Origin: Octopus vulgaris
Lineage: Eukaryota
NCBI GenBank assembly: GCA_951406725.2
Contig: OX597814.1
Location: 166,966,001-167,030,000 of the forward strand
Direction of reading: 5' to 3'
DNA: 64,000 nucleotides
Shown here piece by piece: positions 52,439-64,000 of the stretch (position 1 is the stretch's first letter; each line of letters begins with the position of its first letter). A model generated the notes under the pieces. It did no database searches and had not been told where the DNA came from. It saw only the letters and a program-made list of their open reading frames with translations. The position numbers and the translations under genes were made by a program.

Positions 52439-52549
52439 CCATCTTGGCAAGAAGAGCTGCAATGGCTTGCTGGTCAGCTCCGGCATGGACTGCACTCAGT
52501 TCAGTAGTTACTGGCAAACACAGCGTATGAACTCTTATCCGTCGTTCCC
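52439..52549 (-). CDS. SEC24B: SEC24A/B-like exon
   Basis: GERRIRVHTLCLPVTTELSAVHAGADQQAIAALLAKM; T-run followed by AAG acceptor, GTAAGT donor. Confidence 0.95.
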
Positions 52550-52597
52550 CTTTAAAAAAAAAAAAAAAGGTAAAAATAATGCATATCCAGGACAGAA

Positions 52598-52875
52598 AGT
52601 TAGTTAGTTAATTTTTTGGCTCAAAAAGCAAAAAAGCAAGGCCATGTAGGGGGACATGGAGTTAAGTACAGGGTGGTGTTCATGTAAAGAGTTCAGGCCA
52701 CTTGTGGTCAAGGGAGACTTTGAACCGAGCAGTCGTCGGCATCTTCACCATCTCGTCCGGCAGCTTATTCCACGGATCCGCAACCCGGACGGAGAAAGCC
52801 CCTCTCCTTCGATTGAGATGAAATTGTCGCAGATAGAGCTTTTCGGAATGACCCTGCAGCCGACAAGATATGTAA
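52598..52875 (-). mobile_element. 5'-truncated CR1-type LINE 3' end
   Basis: RLQGHSEKLY...FSVRVADPWNKLPDEMV...FKVSLD; (AACT)n tail. Confidence 0.85.
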
Positions 52876-52924
52876 TTTAAAATCAGCAAAACAACAGGTG
52901 TAGTTGTGTAGCAAGATGTTTGCC

Positions 52925-53342
52925 AGTGACGAGCTGGCCAAATCGTTAGCACACCAGGTGAAATGCTTAGTGGTATTTCGCCTGTCTGTACGTTCTGAGT
53001 TCAAATTCCACCGAGGTCGACTTTGCCTTTCATCCTTTCAGGCTCGATTAAATAAGTACCAATTACGTACTGGGGTCGATATAATCAACTTAATCCGTTT
53101 GTCTGTCCTTGTTTGTCCCCTCTGTGTTTAGCCCCTTGTGGGTAGTAAAGAAATAGGTATTTCGCCTGTCTTTACGTTCTGAGTTCAAATTCTGCCGAGG
53201 TCGACTTTGCCTTTCATCTTTTCGGGGTTGATTAAATAAGTACCAGTTACACACTGGGGTCGATATAATCGACTTAATCTGTTTATCTGTCCTTGTTTTG
53301 TCCCCTATGTATGTAGCCCCTTGTGGGTAGTAAAAGAAATAA
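52925..53342 (+). mobile_element. SINE with internally duplicated body
   Basis: Same family and same duplication junction (AAAGAAATAGGTATTTCG) as 49350-49752, opposite strand. Confidence 0.87.
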
Positions 53343-53711
53343 GATGTTTGCTTCCCAACCACACAGTTCCTGCTTCAGTACCACTGCGTGGCAACTCGGG
53401 CAAGTGTTTTCTTGTATATATATTTATGTTTGTGTCTGTGTTTTTCCTCCACCACCACCACCACTTGACAACTGGTGTTGATGTATTTACATCCCTGTAA
53501 CCTAGCAATTCAGCAAAAGTGACTAATAGAATAAGTACCAGGCTTTAAAAAAATGGCCTAGGGTTGATTTGTTCAACTAAAACCCTTCATGGCAGTGCCC
53601 CAGCAAGGCCACAGTCAAATGATTGAAACAAGGAAAGATAAAAGATCAAAAGAAGTTTAAGCTATAGTCAAATGCACATTCAGAAATTGAATAATGAAGG
53701 GAAATATTTAC

Positions 53712-53885
53712 CTTTACTTGATGTATATAAAAGGGCAGCTTGAAAACAAGCAGTATTGCTTTCATTTAAGGATTCCTCAATGGACATCTGCATTCCAAAC
53801 CCAGCATCAGGATTGATATTTGGCAGTGAAAGAAGATCTGTTGAGCGAACGAAGAAGTTTCCATGGAAAGTATGGATACTGAGAC
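53712..53885 (-). CDS. SEC24B: SEC24A/B-like exon (beta-sandwich)
   Basis: GLSIHTFHGNFFVRSTDLLSLPNINPDAGFGMQMSIEE...FQAALLYTSSK; CAG acceptor, GTAAAT donor. Confidence 0.96.
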
Positions 53886-54688
53886 CTGCAAATGAAAAGG
53901 CAAAAAATTATTATAAATATTATCAAAAGACTAATTTTAATTCTAGCAGCATATCTAAAAAAAATTTTTTTTAAATATGTATCTATTATAAAATACTATA
54001 AAATACTTTTCTTAAATATCTAAGATATGTAAAATACGTTTAACCCTCTTGGAACACCCAGGCCGATTGATTGGCCCAAGTGATACAAGCTGAAAAGACT
54101 TTGAAGTCAATCCATCGGCCCGATGAAACAAATGTTGGAAATGGGAGTTTTGAAGTACAGTAACCAATCAGAGATCGACTTTCAGTACATTTTTTTTGTT
54201 TTTTCACAGAAACATTTATACTTATGATTCCATATATTTACATGTGCTGTGTTGTTTTAGGTTTTCTTTTTGTGATAGATGTATTGTACTGTTTATAAGC
54301 TTTCATAATATATATATATTATATATATATGGTTTCGGGTTCAGTCCCACTGCGTGGCACTTTGGGTAGGTGTCTTCCACTATAGCCCCGAGCTGACCGG
54401 AGCTTTGTGATTGAATTCGGTAGGTGGAAGTAATTGCCGTGTGTGTATATGTGCGTGTAGGTGCTTGTGCCTCTCCCAAAGAGAGAGAGAGGGATATAGT
54501 TTTACATACTAATAAAGTAGTTTTAGGTGCTTTAACTTTGGTTTCCACATGCACCCATCAATTTCAATCTCAACAGAAGAAAATTTTAGTCTTCTTGGCT
54601 ACACAAACCAAAACACTGCATGTCTCAAAAAGATTAAAATATTTTTTTTTTAATTAAAATTTGAAAGAGAAAACTGCCTTTAACCTAC

Positions 54689-54847
54689 CTCTAGTGCAAC
54701 GGATTCTCATCACAGCCTCAAAGCCTATTTTACGGTAAAGGTAACGTGCAAAATCAGACTCAAATTTATCAGTCATAGGAGGACTCCTGACAGTATGGAA
54801 TGATGGGTAATGGTACACACAGCCACCTGAATATTTGGATGCACAGG
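54689..54847 (-). CDS. SEC24B: SEC24A/B-like exon
   Basis: ACASKYSGGCVYHYPSFH...YLYRKIGFEAVMRIRCTRG; CAG acceptor, GTAGGT donor. Confidence 0.95.
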
Positions 54848-55164
54848 CTGCAAATAAAACAAACAATTGTATTAAAATAGAGTGCATAACAATACAAATT
54901 CCTAACAATTTTATGTGTATTATTATCACCATCATTATTATTATTATTTGATGAAAACTCTTAGCTTATTTTGCTGGGAATGATGAAAAAGGGTCAGCTA
55001 TCCACAGCTAGCAGACAAAGGTGACATTTGTTTACTAATCATGCTTCAAGAATCCTCCAGAGAACACTTGCAGTTCCAAGCAATGATGATTTTTGTAGGC
55101 ATTCTATCTTTACATTTGTACCAATCTTTTTGAGCCATGTTGATACTTCCAATGTTGTTATGAT

Positions 55165-58100
55165 TATTCATCATCATTATCATTATTTAACACCCGTTGT
55201 CCATGCTGGCATGGGTTGGACAGCTTGACTGGGCTGGCACACTGGAAGGCTGCACCAAACTCATCTGATCTTACATGGTTTTCTACAGCTGGATGCCCTT
55301 CCTAACACCAACCACTCCAAGTGTGTAATGAATACTCTTATGTGCCACCAGCACGGGTGCCATTTGCGTGACACCGGGGTGTATTCAAGTGCACTGGTAT
55401 GGGTGCCAATTTGTGTGACACTGGTATCTGCCATGACTGTGATTTTGCTTGGCTTGATGGGTCTTCTCAAGCAGAACATAGTGCTAAAGGTCTTGGTCAC
55501 TGCCTCCATGAGGCCCAATGCTCAAAAGGAACTCCATCACTTCGCCTGTCAGGCCCAACACTCGAGAGGAACTCAGCCACTCTGCCTCCGTGAGGCCCAA
55601 AGTTTATAAGATGTTCTTTACATGCCACCAGCATGGGTGCAATTGGCTTGACAGGTTCTCTCAAGCGCAGCACATCGCCAAAGGTATCAGTCACCTGTCA
55701 TTGCCTCTGCGAGGCCCAAAATTTGAAGATCATGCTTCACCAACTAATCCCATGTTTTCCTGGGTCAACTTCTAGCACAGGTTCCCTCCACAGTTAGAGG
55801 TCAGCACTTCTTTACACAGCTGTCCATATCCATCTGCATCACATGACCATACCAGCACAATCATCTCTCTTGCACACCACATCTGATTCCTCTTATGCCT
55901 AACTTTTCTCTCGTTAAACATACACACTGACATTGTATATCCAGCAAAGCATACTGGTTTCATTTCTTTCAAGCCTACACATGTCCTCAGCTGTCATAGC
56001 CCATGTTTCACTGCCATGCAGCATGGCTGTTCGCACACAGACATCAAACAATCTGCCTTCACTCTGAGAGAGAGGCCTTTTATTGCCAGCAGGGGTTGGA
56101 GCTCTCTGAACTTTGCCTAGCCTAATCTTATTTTCACAGTTATGCTCACGGAGCATCCACCTCCAATACTAACTTGGTCACCTAGATAACAGAAGCTATC
56201 TACTACCTCTAGCTTGCCCACTTGGCAGTTGATGGAGTCTATTTTCTGTGCATTTTCAGTATTTATTGCACCTGTGCACCTATCACATACAAAAGTTAGT
56301 TTCCCTATTAACTTTCCTCTGATGTTGCTGCACCTTTTATGTGTTCATAGCTTACACTGGGTGCATCTTATGGAGTTTCTACCTATGCCTTTTCTACAGA
56401 TTGAGCTGTGCCATCTACCTGAAGGGATTTGTGATTTGTCTGCCTTCCTACTTACTATGACTATGGTTTTTGTTATGTTAACTCTAAGGTCCTTTAATTC
56501 TAGACCTTGCTTCCAAACCTGAAACTTTTCTTCTCTAGTTCAGGTAGTAATTCAGCTAAAGGAGCAAGGTCATCAGCATAGAGCAGTTCTCAGGGGCAGC
56601 CTGTCTTGAATGCCTCTTTTATTGAACAAGAGGGAGCTGAGCACTGATCCTTGGTAAACCTCTACTTGTACCCTGAATTTTTTGCTGTACTCACTGCCTA
56701 CCCTCACCTTACTTGTAGCATCCCTGTACAAGGCCTGTATGGTTCTCACCATCCACTTGTCTATCCCTAGTTTCCACTAAGGGGACTGTCAAAAACTTTC
56801 CCCAAGTCAACAAAAGTCAAGTACAGAGGTTTATCTTAAATTAGGTAGTTCTCCTGCTGTTGCCTTACCAGAAATATAGTATCAGTGGTGCTTTCTACTT
56901 GGCACAAAACCAAACTGCATCTCATCTACATTAACTCTCTCCCTAATTAGTTGGGCTATGACTTTCGTCACCTGGTCCAACAGTTTTATACCTCTGTAAT
57001 TATTTCTATCAAAGGCATCACCTTTCGCTTTGTAGCAGTTGACTATGCTGCTGCTACACCAGTCATTGAGTATGACTTCTTTGAACTATCTGATTTACAA
57101 TACAAGTGACTAGACCATAACCCACACTGCCAGATATTTTAAGCATCTCAGTGGTGATTCCTGATGGGCTGGGAGCATTCCCTGTCTTCATATCCTTAAT
57201 TGCTTTATCTACCATGGTACTGTCAATTCAAGTAGCTGGTCCCTCAATTTGGCAGACTCACCTCCACCCATTCATTCTCCATGTTCAGCAGTCTTTCAAA
57301 ATGGCATCTCCAAGCCTCTTTCTTTGCAGATTCATTAAAAGCAAGTGCACCATCATCCTTGCGGACACATTTCTCTCCAATGACATCACAATTTTCTCTC
57401 ACACACTGTCTTGCAATCCAAAATACTTCAGTTTTTTAATTCTCACTATGCTGAACATAGGCAAACTTTTTTTTGGTTTTCCCTTTTGCTAGATATACTT
57501 GTCTCGTAGCTTTCCTTCTGGTTATCTGATACAGTTCCCTGCTGCCCCCACTCTTTCAGGCATGTTTCCTTGCTCTAATGGCTCTGTCTACAGTATTGTT
57601 CCACTACCACGTTACCCTAGGTCTGGAATGGACTTTGCACCAACCACAGATTTGGTCTGTGGCACTCAGCAATCTGTCTTGCAGGAATTCTCAGTTGCCC
57701 TCAATGTCACAAGTTTGTAGCTCCTCCTCCCTCTCATCAAATTTCTCAATTAAGATGTCCCTAAATCTTTGACCATATGAAGGGTCCTTAAACTTTCAAA
57801 TCCTTCTTTTCCAGATTGGTTTGCTTCTTGGTATCTTTCTGGCTTGGAGTCTAAAGTCACTAATGACTAGTCTATACAGTGGGGTACATTCTTCACCAGG
57901 GAGGGTCTTTGTATATAAGAGCAACCATGCACCTCACTGTCTGGTGAGAATGAAATCAATCTGGCTAGCAGAGTTATCTGATTGATAGGTTATCAGGTGG
58001 CTGGCTGGTTGGCTTACTGAAGTTGGTGTTGCAGATCAAAAGGTTATTTGCATCACAGAACTCCAGTAGCCTTGTTCCCTCTTTCATTTCAGGAACCAAT

Positions 58101-58526
58101 TCCATGGCCCCCATAAACACTATGGAAGATACCAGGCTGCAGTCCGACATGCCCATTGAAATCCCCAGCCACAACGATGAGATTATTGTCACTCATCTTT
58201 GAGGTAGCCTGTAGAAGAATATCATAAAAGTGGTCCTTCTGTTCATTTGGTAGGCCCACTTGTGGGGCGTATGCAGATATAACTGTAGCTATACTATTCT
58301 GCAAGACTAGCCTGAGCTTAAGTACTCTATTGCACACTCTGACTACCTCTATAACCTTATCCACCCATTTCTCTGCAAAAAATATGCCCACACCACCTAC
58401 TCTGTCACTGTTACCTTTCCAGAAGATTTTATACCTATCTGTCTTGCCTGTGAGGAACATGGCTGAAGCTCCTCTCCACATTACCTCTTGGATACAACAT
58501 ACATCAACATGCCTCCGTTCAAGCAT
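55165..58526 (-). mobile_element. Degraded 5'-truncated RTE-clade LINE in a Sec24 intron
   Basis: APE motifs DVCCIQE, ISAYAPQVG, AGDFNGHVG; RT LLYADDL near 56570-56590; AMLHGSETWA; (ATG)n-type tail; many frameshifts. Confidence 0.9.
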
Positions 58527-58598
58527 TATTATTATTATTATTATTAAGCAAATGTCAGGGAAAAAACATACTAAATAAGAAATTCAAAATATACTCAC

Positions 58599-58722
58599 CA
58601 ACAGTGGCAATGTCAGCATACTGAGTATTTAACATGAATAAATCAATAGCAACTTGTTGAGCAGAACAGTCCAAGGCAAGCTTTTTGTAAAAATCTGTTG
58701 CTGGGCCAAGATTTGGAATATT
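58599..58722 (-). CDS. SEC24B: SEC24A/B-like exon
   Basis: NIPNLGPATDFYKKLALDCSAQQVAIDLFMLNTQYADIATV; TAG acceptor, GTGAGT donor. Confidence 0.95.
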
Positions 58723-61072
58723 CTAAAATGCATTAAAACAAATAGTAGTTAATACAACTATCAAATATGATAAAATAATGCTTTCTTACAATGGTATAAG
58801 ACTACACATTTATAAAGAAGAATTGATTGATCTGAACCCAAGTACAATACTGGCACTCATATAGATGAAAGGCGAAGTTAATCCAAAAGAACAAAAGGCA
58901 ATGTTGATCTCAGTGGAATTTGAATTCAGAACATAATGAGCCAGAAAAAATACCACTAAGCATTTTGTCCAATTTACTTATGTCCATCATTAGGACATAA
59001 GTAATGTGTGTGTAAAGTTTGGTGAAGATCAGTTGAGAATTGTGATAATGTATGCGTTAGTCATTATACACACACATACTCCAATTTATATATACTAGAC
59101 TAGATGATAATATCAACTGAAAGAAAACCAATTTTTCCAGTATAGAAATTAATACCTATTCATCTATTGATTACTTTTTGCTAAGTGAAATTAATTTCTA
59201 TCAAGTAAAATAAGTAAAAGAATGTAAAAGAACCAGAACATTCATTTGAAACAGACTAAAGTAGAATTCAAATAAAATGATATTAAAGAAAATAGGCAAA
59301 CAGTTGATAAAGAGTACAAGCGCTGTATTCTATGAAGATGAAATGTATAATTAAAAAAGAATCCACACATTTTTCTATTTAAAAAATTGGAAATAGCTGA
59401 TTTTTTAAATTTAACATTCCATAACTTGTGTGAATAAAGATAGCAGATAAGTAATTTGTATCTCAATGAAGTGTGTTAAATGAACGTGAGACAGAATATA
59501 AATTGTGTGATGTGTAAAAGAAAGAGAATACAAGTGTTTGAGAGCATAATAGATTGAAAAATAAATTACAATGTTAATTAGAGAAAATTAAAAGATGCAG
59601 TGAAGATATGAACAAAAGTTTTGATGAACTTTTTCATAATTAACATGTAAAGCAAATTACATATGAAAAGAACAAAGAAAATTTTTGAAAAACTTCAATA
59701 AAAAAAAAAGAAATGGCAACAAAGAGGTTAAGATAATTAATGATAAAACAGCAGTAAAATACTCAGCTGTTGTAATATAACTGCTAGTGTTAATATGAAA
59801 GAAAAGCTAAGAGAAAAGCAAACAACTAGTTTAACTACTTAAATAATAGAAAAGAGGCCAAATGTAATAGGATTGAAATTTCAATATCTTAGAACCAATA
59901 GAGAATTGAAATAAACTCTATAAGTAAATATAATAATAAAATGAAGGTCAAAATACTTGACAAGAAAAGAAATTATTAGATTTTGAATACATCTATCCTT
60001 ACCATGGAATAATATGGTATGCTCGCTGTGAACTATGTTGCTACACTTATGAATAGATCTGTGATAATACAAGTTGGTGATCAGTCAAAGATTCTGCTTG
60101 GACCACAAAAATATAGCTCGGCAACCATCTATATGCTCAGAACAACTTGGGGTCTTGGAACAAAACCAATTTCTCCCATATGATCTACTATTCATTTAAC
60201 ATTATTTTTTGTAACAAAACACTAATGAGAAATGCAGACAGATATATCTAGAAATGTTCCAGGTTATCATATTTTAATTTTCATGTAAGATGATATGAAA
60301 TTGAAAAAGTGTAGACATACAATAAATTTCCTACATCAACAGCATTTACTCAAAAAAGCTTTTATTTCTCCATTTCATTTTAAAATCAAATCTGTTTGCT
60401 ACATCCACTTTTTGTAATTTCTTTACTCTCCTCTCCCTTCATCAGTCTACATGTTGAAAATGTTCAACAAGTATTCCCAAAAAATGCTTATCTAACTTAT
60501 TTCAATCAAATGAAATCTCATCTAATGTCTGTTTTACAATCATTTAACATCTGCTTTCCATGTTGGCATGGGTTGACGGCTTGGCAGGAGTTAGTGAACC
60601 AGAGGACTGCACCTAACTCAAATGTCTGCTCTGACATGATTTCTATGGTTGGATACCATTCCTAATACCAACATCTTTATAGTGTACAGGATGCTTTTTA
60701 CGTGGCACTAGTCAAGAAAGCAGAGTGTTAAGCAAAGGAGATTTGGCTGCTATTTCTAGCATATCAAGCAACCATGCATTGGCTCTCTTTTTTGGCTTGA
60801 GTAAAAGTATGTTACAGTTAAGTGTACATATTTATCAACAACTTGCTGTCTGTTGCCATCAGCTAGAACTTTTACATGTTATACACTTCTATCTCTTTTC
60901 TAATCTAATTCTGTAGTAATATTATCTAATTTATATCGCCATGCTTCTCACAAAAACCATTGAATATTCAATCATTTATTTGGCTCACTTCAATGTTTTA
61001 ATCTCAGTTACTATCCAAGGTTCCTGGGTCTTATATTTTGATAGAATTTGAAAATTATAAGTCACAACATAC

Positions 61073-61329
61073 CTTGTTTGATTTAGAAATGTCTTCTCTA
61101 ACTTGAAGTGCTCCAGGTCCTGCTGAAGGCAAGCATGTTTGAAACACAGTTATTCTTCCTCCAGTTGGACTAAGAAGTTTATATGAAGCTTCTAAAGTGG
61201 CTCCTAGTGCATTTCCGGTTTCCATGTTGTTTGCAAAAAGCTGAGGAAGTTGTTGCAACAGGTCTTGCACAAGGTCATGGCTTTCATGTAAATTCACTAG
61301 CAAACTGTCAGGTAATGGAAGGAAAATAT
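61073..61329 (-). CDS. SEC24B: SEC24A/B-like exon
   Basis: DIFLPLPDSLLVNLHES...TGGRITVFQTCLPSAGPGALQVREDISKSNK; TAG acceptor, GTATGT donor; phase fits neighbours. Confidence 0.95.
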
Positions 61330-63138
61330 CTACAAAAAAAGTCAAAATAGTCAATTATAACCTTTAAGACATTTTCATTTACATTGAAGTTTCTCAATCA
61401 TTTTTTACCAATGGATCCCTTTGATTCCTATTTTACTTGGATAGACCCTCCTAACCATTTGATGTGTTATTAAATCATATTACATTATATTATTAGGAAT
61501 TATTCTTTTACTTGTTTCAGCCATGCGGCTACAGTCATGTTGGAGCACAAAAAAATTTTTAATATTTTGCATATTGTAAAAGCATAACCGATTTATTGCA
61601 GATAAATTCGAACAGCAAAATTTTATATGGACCTCCAAGGACCATACAGATACCAGTTGAGACCCAATAATACAAGTTGTAAAAATTTTTTTAACAAGTA
61701 CATTTTGTCAATCAGAAATATCTTTATTATGTTAGATGAATTTACATTTTCTTCCTGATGAAAAATTTTCTAATTTTTACTTAGTGGAAAGAATGTAGAT
61801 ATTTGAAATACTGATAGACTGAAAACTTGAGTAATTAAGTTAAAACTGTTCATCATAGTTTGAACTATGACCAACCAGGATTTCAAATCTCAATCCCCTT
61901 CTAAAGCCAGTCTAAAGAATGTTATCCCATCTTCCAACTAGATTTACTGAAGCATGTAGACTAACATAATTTGCTTAAAAGGACAAAACAATGTTTATTT
62001 AGCCCTTTCATTATCATATTTCTGTTGAAATACACTGCTTTGATTCAATAAATTTTAAAAATAAGGAAAGATTTAGTAAAACAGGTGTTGTTTTTAATCT
62101 GGTATTTAGAACAAAATTGCCATAGAATTTTGAGAAAAGGCTTTAGTTTAGATCACTTTACAACAAGAGGTTTGTATCATAAAATCAGAGGTAGTCTTAG
62201 GTGGGTTGGTATCAAAAGGGTTAAACTTCTAAAAGGCAGAAACTATGAAGTGCCAGTTATGTTTTCAATATCTCTCTGTTCTGAGTTCAATTTAAATCTT
62301 TTAAAGGTCAACTCTGCATCCATGTGTCCTATCAATAAAATACCAGTCATGTATGAGGGTTGATTCAGCCAAATTACCTCTATATAACATAACTTCATAA
62401 CTGTGGCAAATAAGAAATCAATATTTGATGATGATGATGATGGTGCTAACATCTTAATACTTCAAACAATACATTCAAGATGAAATAAGATATATTCAAA
62501 TGGATGGTGAAATTAGTACAACTAGTAACAAATTCTGAACAAATGATCCTATGATTTAAATGGTCTCTATATTAGTAACAAATCAACTAAAAAAGAATCA
62601 CAATTCATACTAGGAGTGCCAATCTAACTTGCTTTTACTTATAGTAGTTGCAGGTGGGGAAGAGTCACAGATTTGGGTGCAATCTCTGTCGGAACAATAT
62701 GAGAAATAGGTCAAGAAGAAAGACAGTTTGAAAAAAAGACTTTCTATTTCTTTACTGAGAGGCATCAGCACTTAAGACAGATGTAAAGAGATAATGTAAA
62801 GTAAATATTGAGGCATGAATGATAGCCTGGTAAAGGCAAGAAGAACAAGAAGATTGTTCACATCTAACAATGTTATATAAGAATAATATAGAACAGTGTT
62901 CTGCAACCTTTTTTTCACTTGTGGTACACTTATATTTTTTTCAAATTTCAGCAGCACACCTAAACTAAAAATATAACTAAAAGTATAGTGAAAAAAATTA
63001 TTTTCAGGTTACATTACACTGCTGCACACCTAGCATCGTCTCGTGACACACCAGTGTGGAGCAATGATGTGGAATGCATTAAGAGGTAACTATAAAACCA
63101 CAGAATCTAGAATAAATATTAGCAACATGTAAACTTAC

Positions 63139-63303
63139 CATCTATGTCAGAGACAGTCAGCATTTGAGGCTGAGACAGACCTTCAGCTAAATTGAAAAAA
63201 TGGATTGCTCTATCAAAAGCTATAAAACCTATCTGTGTACGTGAATCACCAGGTAATTTTTCTAGTTCTGCCAGTAAGGTTTTACATACAACTGTAAGAT
63301 AAC
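63139..63303 (-). CDS. SEC24B: SEC24A/B-like exon (first visible; trunk/vWA domain)
   Basis: Translates (G)YLTVVCKTLLAELEKLPGDSRTQIGFIAFDRAIHFFNLAEGLSQPQMLTVSDID(D); CAG acceptor, GTAAGT donor. The symbol denotes the SEC24A/B subfamily; upstream exons are beyond the window. Confidence 0.93.
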
Positions 63304-64000
63304 CTGAAAAATATAAATAAGATATTTAGAAAATTTCATTTATGATTTTCAAAATGATTTTACCAATTACAAAAATATTTATGATGTATGAAACATTAAT
63401 TAAAAGAAACAATTTATTTTAATTGTAACCTTTAAAACAAGTGTTCGTTGTATTCCTCCCAAATACTGGAGAGAGTCAAATTGCAGTAAAAACCTAATTC
63501 CTTCTCAATGATCTCAAAATTTTGTTTTAAAATTAATTCAAAAATTAATATTTTGATATTAGCCAACAAAAATTAAACTAAATCTTCATATCCTAAATAA
63601 AAATCACTATAACAACTAAGAGAACAGGAATAATGTCAATTTAAATTCTTTGAATCACTCCCATTCTGTTATGCAATGATACTGGAATAGCACACATGTG
63701 ATTGCTATAAATTGACACTTTTACATGAACTATTTAAATAAGATTTTCACAAAGGATTTTTTCCAGTGTCATTCAAGACAGTAATTGCTTCTAAGGTAAG
63801 TCAGATCAAGAGTTTTGCTTCAGAATAAACAGCAACCTATGTGAGAACATTGTTGGCGCGAACAAACTAAGAGCTAAAAACTGAGGTAGATTTTCTATGG
63901 TTGGATGCCTTTCCTGCTGCTAACCTTCCATTATACACTAAGCATAATAGCTTTTTACCACTACAAGTAGTGTTATATTATTGAAGGGTTTTATATTGAT

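Noticed and set aside
62893-63070. Possible hAT MITE starting CAGTGTTCTGCAACC
   Set aside because: The right TIR and TSD could not be identified.

Overview
Repeat-rich eukaryotic DNA, most likely an octopus/coleoid cephalopod (inferred from the SINE families and the microsatellite load). The right 19 kb (45172-63303, minus strand) holds 11 coding exons, about 572 codons, from the 3' part of a SEC24A/B-type COPII coat gene. All have GT-AG junctions and consistent phases; the 5' exons lie outside the window. The rest is transposon and microsatellite DNA: several mariner/Tc1-type copies (including 5'-5' and 3'-3' rearranged ones), a maT-like element, hAT, pogo and Merlin-like MITEs, a degraded RTE LINE, many SINEs, and one young CR1/L2-group LINE with an uninterrupted ORF inside a (TA)n tract. 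The most interesting signals are three. (1) Several families of minimal hammerhead-ribozyme motifs with palindromic stem III, including a tandem pair 195 nt apart in the sense strand of a Sec24 intron and a G3-C8 core-swapped variant. (2) The LINE EN/RT region has no ATG of its own and joins a CCCH-finger ORF1 at a U-UUU-UUA slippery site, suggesting -1 frameshift expression. (3) A SINE insertion with a 17-bp TSD carries an extra 96-nt vault-RNA-like Pol III module. All calls were made by eye; no searches were run.
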